Positions 52,880-64,000 of a stretch of DNA of 64,000 bases are shown in pieces. Source of the stretch: Euprymna scolopes (lineage: Eukaryota); NCBI GenBank assembly GCA_053919585.1, contig CM132786.1; one strand, written 5' to 3'. The notes beneath the pieces were generated by a model, which worked only from the letters and a program-made list of their open reading frames with translations, ran no database searches and had not been told where the DNA came from. The first letter of the stretch is position 1. Every line of letters starts with the position of its first letter. Position numbers and translations under genes: made by a program.

Positions 52880-53600
52880 TTATCGCTAGCTGAGTGTCTA
52901 ATGTGTGCAAATAACAATACGAATAAGTTAATAATCGCTACTTCAGTAATAACAATACGAATAAGTTAATAATCGCTACTTCAGTGTCAAGTAAGTGCAA
53001 ATCCAAATACTAATAATTTATATATCGACAGACAGTGTCTGGGGAATACAGATAACAATACTAATAAGATATTTATCCCCAGCCAATGTCTGATGGGTGC
53101 AGATACCAATAGTAATACGTTAGTAATCATCAGCTACTTCATGGTGGGAGAAAGTCACAATGCTACTAAGTTATTTATCGCCATCCAGTGTCTGCTAGGT
53201 ACAGATCACAATATTTATACGTTAGTTATCGCCAGCCAGTGTATGGTGGGTACAGATCACAATAGTAATAAATTAATTATGCCCAGACAGTTTTGGTTGA
53301 GTGTAGATGACAGTACTAATGCGTTATTTATGGCAAACCAATGCCGGGTGGGTAGGGGAAACAATACATTTTAGTTATTTATTGCCAGTCAGTGTCTAGT
53401 GAGTACAGTTAAAAATCTAAGAAGTAGGTTATCCCAATCTAGTGTCTGGTAGGTGAAGATCACTATACTTATAAGATATTTATTTCCAGTCGTTGCCCAA
53501 TGGATGAATATAACAATAATAGTAAGTAAGTTATCACCAGACCTTTTCTGGTGAGAGCAAATCACAATACCGATGAGTTATTTATCGCCAACTAGTGTGA
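52880..53600 (+). repeat. 51-bp minisatellite, left block
   Basis: Consensus about GCAGATCACAATACTAATAAGTTATTTATCGCCAGCCAGTGTCTGGTGGGT, roughly 14 diverged units. Confidence 0.9.
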
Positions 53601-55720
53601 AATGTTTTTTGTGTATTATATTTTCAACCCAAACAAGGAACATTGCGACTTTTGTGTAGGAGATCACTATCATGGACATAATCTACTGGGGTACAATGTA
53701 GAGAGCTGGGCAGTAAGATGTTGGTTCATGTTACACTTGAACTTCTGCATGCCAGTACAATAGGGAAGCAGGAACCCGGACGTGAGTAGAACGCTCTCTT
53801 ACATTTTGGGATCTCCACTGTGTAGGGGTGGGATTTAGCTGTCGAGAGTATTTACGCCGTAGGGCCACAAGTGCTTGTAGTACATCAAGGCATTCACCAC
53901 TAACGTACATGTAGAACAGGAACAGGGGTGAAATATTTTGTCGGTGGGACAGAGGCTGAACCTTAAATGACAGTTCAGGGCATATCAGGTTGGAGACTCT
54001 CTTTTGGACCTTGTGTAGGAGCGAGAGACTAGTAGCAGATGCACCAGCCCAAATATGAAAACAATACTCCATACATGGGCGAATTGTGGCCTTATCAAGG
54101 CACATGCCACTTTCGGGCGTTCGTAGCTCTCTAACATGGTAGACAGACACTTCCTTTTCGCAGCGGTCCTGGCAATGATCTTAATGTAATCATCCCAAAT
54201 TATGTTTCCAGTGAACGTTAGGCTTAGGAGTTTAAATAAAATACTTTCAGCCAATGAATCTTTGACCATTGCTATTGGTGGTAGAGAAGGTTTCTTGTAA
54301 TTATAGAAGGAAACAAGTTTAGTCTTGGTAGAATAGTATGTGATGATCCAGTTGTGCCCTCATTCCACTACAGATTGGAGGACATCCTCAATTGTTTCTG
54401 TCATTTCTTTAGATTGTGTTTATTTGTTCTCCTGTTGTGCCTGTTATATAGCCTGGTGTCATGAGCATATCCACCCATCTCAGATGCAATTTTGTCGGGG
54501 AGTTCATTTATGAACATTAGGTATAATAATGGTCCAAGTGTAGACCACTGCGGTAGTCTCGCATTTATATCATATTGCTTAGATGTACGACCATCGAGGA
54601 GAACCTGGATTTTTTTCTTATCTAAGAAGGATTTAATTATGTTTAGTATTCGTCCAGTGACACCGTGTGATCTGATTTTCCTGAGAAGACCTTCATGTCA
54701 TACCCCGTCAAAAGTTTTATATATATCTAGAACTATCGCACTACCCTTCTCTGCTTTGTCCAGTGAATTGTATATACGTTCAGAGATTACATCTAGGATA
54801 GGATGTGGAATGGGCTTGTCTGAATACATATTGTTGATCGGTCACAATTTCAGCATCTGTAAGGTGCTGGTCTATAGCTTCATTAATTAAAGACTCACAT
54901 ATTTTGGCGAAAAGCGAGAGGTAGCAGATGGGGCGATAATTTACTGGGACACTTCTTTCGCCGGAATTTATGAAAACTGGTACGACAGACGCAATTTTAC
55001 AGCAGTCCGGAACGCAAGATTCATTAACACCTTTATTGTAAAGTTAAGAGAGAACTGGATCTACTTCAGCGGAGCATTTTTTAATAGCACAGCCGGGATG
55101 AGATAAGATCCACATGTTTTTGAAGTGTCAAGTTGGTTATGATAGTGCACCTGAGATGGGGTGATTTTCAGATCGTCTAGCATGACCTCTATCCGACAAG
55201 GAACGTAAAGGAGGGGGTGGTTGGCAGGGTCCAGTGTGGAGTTTGAGGCAAGCCGACTGGCAAGCATATTAGTCTTCTCAGTTACTGAGCAAACAACCTC
55301 ATGATTGTTGGTTAGTTATGGAATTGTTGATTTCCCATTATTTACTACACTGTTGTAGATTTTGCAGAAGTCGCAGGTTCCGGATCTTTGTGCTTCGATA
55401 CGGTGTTTGCTGGTTTCAGTAAATTCTCTCTTAGTTGTCGCGCTTTCGATCTTACAGTTATTTCTAGCTTCTATATACTTCTGCCTGTTTGAACTAGAAT
55501 ATGTCGGTTAAATCTGGCTTTGAACAATGTCAGTTGCACAATTAGAAGTAAACCATTGGGGAGACTGTGGCTTGCTATATAATTTCCGCGGGGAAACATG
55601 TGCTTAAACTGCCGTTTTGAACCATCTCATTTGCGCACTGAACGGCAGGAAGAGAAAATATATTTCCCCATAGGGGCATCTCTGATGAGATGCCTGATGG
55701 CTTCCCAGTAGGTTTTTTTT
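53600..55720 (-). mobile_element. CR1-group LINE, 5'-truncated, inserted in the 51-bp minisatellite
   Basis: LDKATIRPCMEYCFHIWAGASATSLSLLHKVQKR, WDDYIKIIARTAAKR and LDTSKTCGSYLIPAVLLKNA, plus an RT core at 54.5-54.9 kb. Confidence 0.92.
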
Positions 55721-55729
55721 AATAATATT

Positions 55730-56128
55730 TAATACTAATAGGTTTTTAATCGCTAGGCATAATAATAATAATATGAATACAGATAATAAATAGGTAATCT
55801 CCAGCGATTCTCCGATCGATGCAGCCCATAATATTCATAAGTCATTTATTCGCAGCCAGTGTCCGCTGAGTACAGATCACATTACTAATTAATTATTATC
55901 GCTAGCCTGTTTATGGTAGGTGAAGGCAACACACCTATTTGTTAACCCAGCCAGATGACGGTTGGTAGAGCACACAATACTCTTAAGTTATTTATCGCCA
56001 GCCAGTGCCTGATGGGTGCAGTTAACAATTCTAATAAGGTATGTATCGCCAGCCAACGTCTTGTAAGTGCAGACCACAATACTAATAAGTTATTTATTGC
56101 CAGCCGGTGTATGGTGGGTGGAAATCAC

Positions 56129-56183
<55 letters not shown>

Positions 56184-56750
56184 TTAATAATAATAAGTTA
56201 TTGCCATATAATATCTGGTAGATGCAGATCATAATACTAATAAGTTATTTGTCGCCAGCTACCGTATAGTAGGTGTAAATAACAATCCTAAGTTTTTTGT
56301 CACCAGCCAGTCTCTAGTGAGTGCATGTTACTATACTAATAGGTTGTTTATCGTCAACCAGTTGCTGATTGATACAGAACACAATACTAATAAATTATTT
56401 ATCGCCAGCCGATTATTGCTAGGTGCGGATTACAATACTAATAAGATTTTAATCCCTAGGCATAAATGGTGGCTGCAGATCACAATATTAAAAAAATATA
56501 TATTTATCGCCAGTCAGTTACATGGTAAGGTTAGATCAAACGACTAATAAGTTAGTTATAACAATCCAGAGTCTGGTCGGGTCAGACTACAGTACAACGT
56601 TAATTAATATTAGCCAGTTTATTGACGGTAAAGATCACAATAATATGTAATTTATGGGCAGCCAGATTTTTGGTCACAATAATACGTTAGTAAATGCTAG
56701 CTAGTGTAAAGTCCGTGCAGATCAAAATAATTATGTTATTTATTGCTAGG
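55730..56750 (+). repeat. 51-bp minisatellite, right block, with embedded (AAT)n
   Basis: Same consensus as 52880-53600. (AAT)n expansion at ~56129-56196 inside one unit. Confidence 0.9.
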
Positions 56751-59700
56751 CGTGTGGCAGTTTTATTTCTTGTAATAATTTATCTCAAGCAGGTGTTCAT
56801 AGTTCTTTACAAAAACATTTCTTTTTTAATTAACGGTGGACTAATAATATGGTGTTGTTGGGAGAGTATTCTAACCCTAAGTATATTAAGGGCCGTATAG
56901 ACAAACTCCATTTTCGATTAGAGCATATAAATTTGAAAAAATATATAGACATTTTAAAAATATCTGCGTTTTTGTATTGATGCTTTACATTATATCGTTT
57001 AGAAAATGACTTGGCACAGTCTACATAAATACAACAATAGTGATATTGACGTAATAATACACACGAGGTAATCGGAAAATTGATTAAATAATTAATTCCC
57101 TCCATTTTCTCGGTCACTACGGAGATTATGCAATTGAAGGATCTTGGTATAGCACGAAAGTAAAATATAATATTCTGTTTTCGTGTTGAGGCGAACATCC
57201 TTCTAGACTCAAGCGTCAAGAATTGTTTACCTCTGTATGGTACATTTTAGAAAACTGAATATTTTCCATAGTAAACCTTTAATTGTATAACCGTGTCTTC
57301 GGTGTCAGATGTAATCATAAAACATTCCTGATCTTGTTTGAGTGAGTGAAATGAAAGCGTTCTTTTCTGTCTGTCCAAAATAAATAGGGGTTTCGGTGTT
57401 AATACGATAATCCAATCTTTCTGTTTTTTTAATAGTTCATTGAATGCGTTCGTGTTCTTTAGTTCGTACCAGTGGTCCATAGCATAAACATGGTTAGCTT
57501 TCTTCTTGTGGTCAATCTAAGGTACAACGAGCTGCACATATGCCGTGAACAGATTATTTATGAACATTTTATTTACTGCCGTCTCTCAGGTCTTTGTTGG
57601 CAGTGCTATAGCTCCCACCAGTACCTGGAATATTTGTAACTAATTTTGAGTAACAAAGAGTGCCTGCAAAAAAAAAAACTTAATTTAGATCAAGCCCTGC
57701 CTATATTATGTCACAAGCTATTGCAAATCATATTAAGTTTAGTTCCGTATCTATTGACAATCAACGAAACAAGAAATAACGCCCTTATTTGTTTAGTTAT
57801 TATGAATCGCTCAACCAATGAGAAAATTAAATATATATCGCCATTAAAAACTATTCTTATATAATTATATTCCAAATGTTAGCGTATATTCTTATATTCC
57901 AGATGTTAGGTTCGATTATTTCTCCTTTGCTTCTTTTATATTTATTTGCTCTAACTGATTTCACCAACATATGTAATATATATAGTGATATTGTATAAAG
58001 ATATCGATATAAACTAAATGTATAAAAATTAAATTCAATTTACAAGTAAGTTACCTATTAAACAAGAATTCTATGTATATGATACCCTCTTTTGTGTTTC
58101 GAATTTCTCTGAAATATTATCTGCGACAGAGTAAAATTTCGTGTGTACGTCTGAGAATAATATATACGTTATCGAATAAAATGGGTGTGTGTGTGTGTGG
58201 GTGTGGGTGTGTTTGTGCAAGGATATTTATGGTATTTTGATCAAGTTTGAATACACTAAAAAAAGGAATAATATACTTGTAATATCTTAGCTTTAAAAAT
58301 AAAGGTCTTCTCAATTCCTAGAAATTTAATTCATCTCATTTTGCTACGAACNNNNNNNNNNNNNNNNNNNNNNNNNNNNNNNNNNNNNNNNNNNNNNNNN
58401 NNNNNNNNNNNNNNNNNNNNNNNNNNNNNNNNNNNNNNNNNNNNNNNNNNNNNNNNNNNNNNNNNNNNNNNNNNNNNNNNNNNNNNNNNNNNNNNNNNNN
58501 NNNNNNNNNNNNNNNNNNNNNNNNNNNNNNNNNNNNTAATATATACTCATTATATATACATACATACACACATACATACTCATTNNNNNNNNNNNNNNNN
58601 NNNNNNNNNNNNNNNNNNNNNNNNNNNNNNNNNNNNNNNNNNNNNNNNNNNNNNNNNNNNNNNNNNNNNNNNNNNNNNNNNNNNNNNNNNNNNNNNNNNN
58701 NNNNNNNNNNNNNNNNNNNNNNNATGAGATGAACAAAATTTCTTGAAATTGAGAAAAAACATTTTCATACCAAAATTATATTTTTTACACTTAATATATA
58801 AAAAAAAATGGATTATAATGGCCTGGAAATGAAACTTTTTTGCATTTTATAGTAAAATAGCATGTTAATTGAAAACGCGAGTTATCGGGAAAAATCAAGA
58901 AAATCCACAAATTGTGTTTCTTTCAAATCAGATACACACATTATTATATTTATATAAAATATTATGTATCCCGGATAACATAAGATAAACGAAAATATAA
59001 AAGGAAGTAATCTGGATTTAACGTGCTTGTATTTATTTAATAATGAATAGTTTTTGATTAACTGTTGTTGCGTTTAATCAGTTTCAATATTGGCGTAAAT
59101 TATATGCCCATGTTTAATCTTAATACACATAACAATACTAATCGCAAATGGTAGTTGCATCCGTGACATCAATTGCTAGGGTGTTCGCGACATTTGCTAA
59201 TTTTCTCAAAAAATGTGGAACGTAGTTAAAATTTGTGTAAAACTTGTTGTAACCAGGGGCACCATCAGTATTTATAAGCGAATAAACTCTGATGTCGGCA
59301 GANNNNNNNNNNNNNNNNNNNNNNNNNNNNNNNNNNNNNNNNNNNNNNNNNNNNNNNNNNNNNNNNNNNNNNNNNNNNNNNNNNNNNNNNNNNNNNNNNN
59401 NNNNNNNNNNNNNNNNNNNNNNNNNNNNNNNNNNNNNNNNNNNNNNNNNNNNNNNNNNNNNNNNNNNNNNNNNNNNNNNNNNNTAGTGTGAAATCAACAG
59501 TAAATGGTTGCTGCAGTAACCCACAATCATTTGCACATGATATAATCGGAGTATGGTGAATCTTAGTAGACCTTTTCGCATTCGGCCTCTAATAAAACGT
59601 ATCAGTTATTATTTAGGCGTATTTCATGAGATGGACCAAGTTTGATACACACAGGTGCAAAAAGACTCAGAAAAAAAGACTCTAGGCCGAGAACATGTCT

Positions 59701-60277
59701 ACTACAACGTGGAAAATACCCACGATCTAACGGAAGGAACCAATTGATAGTTCTCTTCAAAATCACATACTACTCGCGGAGAAATAGAAAGCATGCCAGT
59801 AGGAAAGGAAGCAACACAATATAGAAATGAAAATGACAATTGTTTTCTATTTCATTTCTTCTCTTCTTTATAAAAATAAAATTAACTCATTTCTTCCCGT
59901 GTGAGTTTGAACTTAATAGGAGTAAAAATCAAGATATTACAGTACAAATGTAATGTGCACAAACTGCAGCACAGGATCTGAGGTCTATTGCCCTTATATT
60001 TACTTGATAACCGTACATTCCTATATTTTTCCCGGTGAGAGTTAACTGCCAAAATCGGTTATATACAATGAAAGTTGTAAGATCTTTTCTCTCTATTAGA
60101 TTCCTCCTTTTCCCGCTCCCTATTTACACCGCATCATATGCGTTTGCAAGGAACAGTACGAGGAACAGCGGTTTAGAATCGTACTAGGTTATTAATGCCG
60201 TTTATTTATCTTCTTTCTTTGATTTATGCTTTCTGCTTTCACCCTAAATAAAATGAAAAATATAAAAAGAAAATGCG

Positions 60278-60279
<2 letters not shown>

Positions 60280-60334
<55 letters not shown>
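60280..60334. repeat. (TAT)n microsatellite
   Basis: Visible run. Confidence 0.95.
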
Positions 60335-60599
60335 GTAGTTAGTGTAAGACACAGCGTGCGGGACTTACCAGTTCTTACCTCCGGTATTAAGGACTCTTCC
60401 CTTGAAATACAACTATACCTTTATTTATTATTGCTTTCAACTAAACATTTATTTTTATATAAAAATGAATTATTTACTGTTTATTATTACAACGCAACGA
60501 TATCGTAAATTCACTTGCATTCCACTTCAATTAAAATTAAGACAAATAAATTCATTTAGAATTCGAGAAAAAAAACCATTTAGAATTCGTTAACTGCGA

Positions 60600-60912
60600 A
60601 ATTGATATTAGACTTAATTGACTTTTTTAGTTAATTCATCACGTTTTTTGTTGCTTTTTTTGCGCTTTCCTCTTAATGATTCGAGTTCGTGACCCCCTCA
60701 CATTTTTGGGGTTTTTTCAAACACCCGGGCACCTCCGGACCGGTCGTATTGCATCACGTCCATTATTTTAATTGTTTTTTTTTCCAGGATTTTGTTTTGA
60801 TAGTTTTAACATTGTTTTTATAATATTTATTACTTCGATTTGTTTTCATTTTACACACCCCCAAGACACACACATCTAAAAACACGAGCAATGCCGGGTA
60901 CCTATTGCTAGT
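60600..60912 (+). mobile_element. Helitron 3' terminal region
   Basis: CACGAGCAATGCCGGGTACCTATTGCTAG|T terminus, with an earlier terminus-like CCCGGGCACCTCCGGAC at ~60724. 5' end not located. Confidence 0.55.
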
Positions 60913-61369
60913 TTATAAATATTAAAGCATATACCATTTTATGTATGTGGATAATATGGAAATGTCCGCAAATAAACAGAAGCACCCAGGGCCTCTATTA
61001 AACACAAACAGAATATTTAGTCAGGTCATCCGACTTAAATTCTGTATGGATAATTACGCACTGTTTATTATTAAAGAACAACAAACTGGAATAACCAGAA
61101 CGGAGGTTAAGGCATTAGTTGGGCATGATAACTTCAAATGATTGGTACTGCAGCATACCCCACTATAAGATAGAAGTGAAAATGAAAATTAAAAAAAGAA
61201 TACTACAGAAGAACAAGAAAACTTCTCGTACTAAAGTACATCGTAGAAACCTAAATAAAAATATCAGCACATGTTTAGCGTAACTTATAATATACTCTGA
61301 ACCGTTCCTGAAGACGAAACAGGAACTGAGACATTGATCCTAAAACACAGGAGACTCATGATTAAAGTG

Positions 61370-63330
61370 ATTGCACTGCGTTAAAATAATGATACTGACC
61401 GACGGCCTGGGAAAGGATAACATCTGCATTTTTATCATATTGTTTGGACGTACACCCATCGAGAACAACCTGAATTCTTCTATCATTTAAGAAGGATTTA
61501 ATTATGCTAAGCATTCGTCCAGTAATACCAGATAGTTTCCTGAGAAGAGAAGACTTAGATATATGGCTACCGGTAAACCCCTCCATGCCTTATGAAGTGC
61601 TTCGTATATACGTTAAGAGATTACAGTTAGAATATCTGCAGTAGAACGGGGTTACCTAAATCTATTTGATGGTCAAACAGAAGTTTAGCAATGCAAGGTG
61701 GTGGACTAGCGTGATTAATTAAATACTCAAATATTTTGCCGAAACGCGGGATGAGATTTAATGATTCAATTCGTTCGCCCGAGATTTTGTAAACTGTTAC
61801 CACAGAAACATTATTCCATCTGTGAGGAAAGTAAGATTCGGTAAGACATTTGTCAACGAGTTCAGAGAGAACTGGAGAAACCTCAGCGGATTTTTTTTAA
61901 TTGCATAACCTGGATTAGATCAGGTCCACATGCTTTTGAGGTGTCTCGTTTTTTATGTTATCATGTCCTTTAGAAGGGGTGATTTTCAGATCATCTAGTG
62001 TGGTTTTTATCCACAGAGGAACATCAGGGAGGTAATGGTTTGCTGGGTCCACACTAGAGTTTGAGAGGAAATTATGGGAACACATGTAGCTTTTTCAGGT
62101 GCTGTGCAAACACCTCATGATTGTTGGATAGTGAGGGAATTATTGATTGCCCATTAGTTACTATACTATTATACATTTGCCAGAAATCATGAGTTCCTGA
62201 TTTCTGCGATTTAATGCGTTTCCTGGTGGTTTTAATATATTTACTCTGAGCTGTCGCCACTTCTTTCTTACAATCACTTCTAGCTTCTATACACTTTGTC
62301 TGTTTGTACAGGACTTATACTGGATAAATCTTCGATATGCATGTTGCATCCGCACAATGACAGCTGCGCAAGTAAAAGAACACCATTGGGGAGAGTGGGG
62401 TTTGCTATAGAACTTCCCTGTAGGAGCATGCTCTTCAATTGTTGCTTTGATCCATTCAGTAGTCTCATTTGTGCACTGTTCTTCAGGAAGACAAGAGATA
62501 TTTCCCCATATGGTGTCTATGTTACTATCTCTAATTGCATCCCAGTCATCCTTATTTTAAGCATGTTATCGTTTTGAGCAACTGTTCTTCAACTTGGGGT
62601 CGAGAGTTTAGAGTGATTAAACATTAGCACACCATGATGAACATTTCTAAGTGTGCAATCAGCATTTGTTACACAATTCCCAGGATCTCTTGTCTGAAAT
62701 AGATCAAGAAGTGTGGTTTGCTGGTCCTGGCGATTTGGGAGACGGGCCGAGAATGTTATTGTGTGTGTCAAGTAATGGGATATTGCAAAGTTGTGGATGA
62801 TGCTACTAGCTGTGCCAGTGTAGTTAGAGAAGCCAATCAAATTTCTGTGCTAAGGGTTAGAGTCACAAAATACATGTATTTGTGGGCTAGTGTCAAGGGA
62901 GAGTGTTACATCTCTGCTGTCAAAGATATGATGGATTATAGTACAATCCTGGGTTTATAGAGCCCAATGAAGAAAATACAGCTAGATAATGCTATGTTGT
63001 AAAGTTAGTTTAAACCCGGATCACCCTCTTCTAGTTTAGATTCCCTATAAATGTGGAGGGGGTTACAAATAAATACTCCAAGTACGTTCCTGTTAAAGCC
63101 CTTACGATAAAATGGAAGACAACCAGAGATGATGATGTTAGAGGGAATGGAGGAGTGCAAGTTAATTTGACTTAGTGCTAAGATATCTGGGGAGTTGTCT
63201 AGGAGAAATGAGTCTACATCATCTAAGTTAGTTCTAAGTCCTCGGATGTGTGTAAACGCAAACCTCAAAGGAGGAGGCTTGAATGTGTGCCCGGTTTGAA
63301 AATTGTGGGGGGGGTTGAGCTATCTTTTCA
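61370..63330 (-). mobile_element. CR1-group LINE, endonuclease through mid-RT, decayed and 3'-truncated
   Basis: RFAFTHIRGLRTNL...SPDILALSQINL (APE), TLLDLFQTRDP, SQKSGTHDFWQMYNSI, LLRKLSGITGRMLSIIKSFLNDRRIQVVLDG. Homologous to 54.5-55.7 kb. Confidence 0.92.
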
Positions 63331-64000
63331 TTCTATTTTGTATTTTTACATCAACACTGATGTGCTAGGCAAAACGGATGTGCATGGCCACAATTATGCA
63401 ACACGAGTAGACCATCGGCCGGATCCTCATCCGCAGAAATGTGGCATCTGGAATGCCCACCAGAAATGAGTTCAATCTGCCCTTCTATGCGCGACCATGC
63501 ACTACAAATATACGAATATTACTCAACTGATGATAGAACAGCCGCTCTAAGCGCTCTAAGCGCTTCCAAAAAGTTATGGATTATTTACTTTCATTTGAAA
63601 ATAGCAGCAAGCAACTACAAACCGGTACTATAAAACTTGCTCGACAGTAGTAGCATAGTCCAATCATGTAAGCAGGTATGGTAAATAGACACTCCCAAGA
63701 TGCCCAGATATAGGGGAAAGAAAATAAGGCAAATGTGGGTGACGACATTCATTGCCCTTGTAAGGAAACAAGGCGGGGTATCTTACTTTAAAGTTTTCTT
63801 CTCTATTCTTCATAAAAAAGCATGATGTGAGATAGATTCACCTCTGACATTTACAAGAAATTTTATCTTTCAAATAGCAACCTGCTCTAGCAACTAATTT
63901 GTTTTAAATACATAAACATAATATTAGTAATTATTTGAATATTTAACAGTATATAAAGCAAAGAAAACAAAAGAAATGATAGGACTAAATCAGTATAAAG

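Noticed and set aside
52880-56750. CRISPR-like array
   Set aside because: Units are contiguous diverged tandem repeats with no unique spacers, there are no cas genes, and the context is eukaryotic.
61305-61325. CTGAAGACGAAAC hammerhead core
   Set aside because: No stem II between the core boxes, so probably chance.

Overview
AT-rich, microsatellite-rich eukaryotic (animal) draft-assembly DNA with several N gaps. The repeat complement is reminiscent of a large invertebrate genome such as a cephalopod, but this is only an impression. No intact host protein-coding gene can be supported. The window is mostly decayed transposable elements: two RTE LINEs, three copies of one CR1-group LINE family, three Gypsy LTR relics, a Tc1 transposon, a TIR-bounded MITE, Penelope-type hammerhead-like repeats, and many non-autonomous Helitrons, several in head-to-tail arrays. 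It also holds 51-bp and 34-bp minisatellites. The most unusual item is at ~30513-30962 (minus strand): a head-to-tail dimer of a ~230-bp element. Each monomer starts with a remodelled copy of the U2 snRNA 5' end (stem I plus the branch-point recognition sequence) and ends in an A-rich tail, so it is a candidate U2-derived SINE-like retroposon. All alignments were made by eye, and boundaries are approximate unless terminal motifs are quoted.
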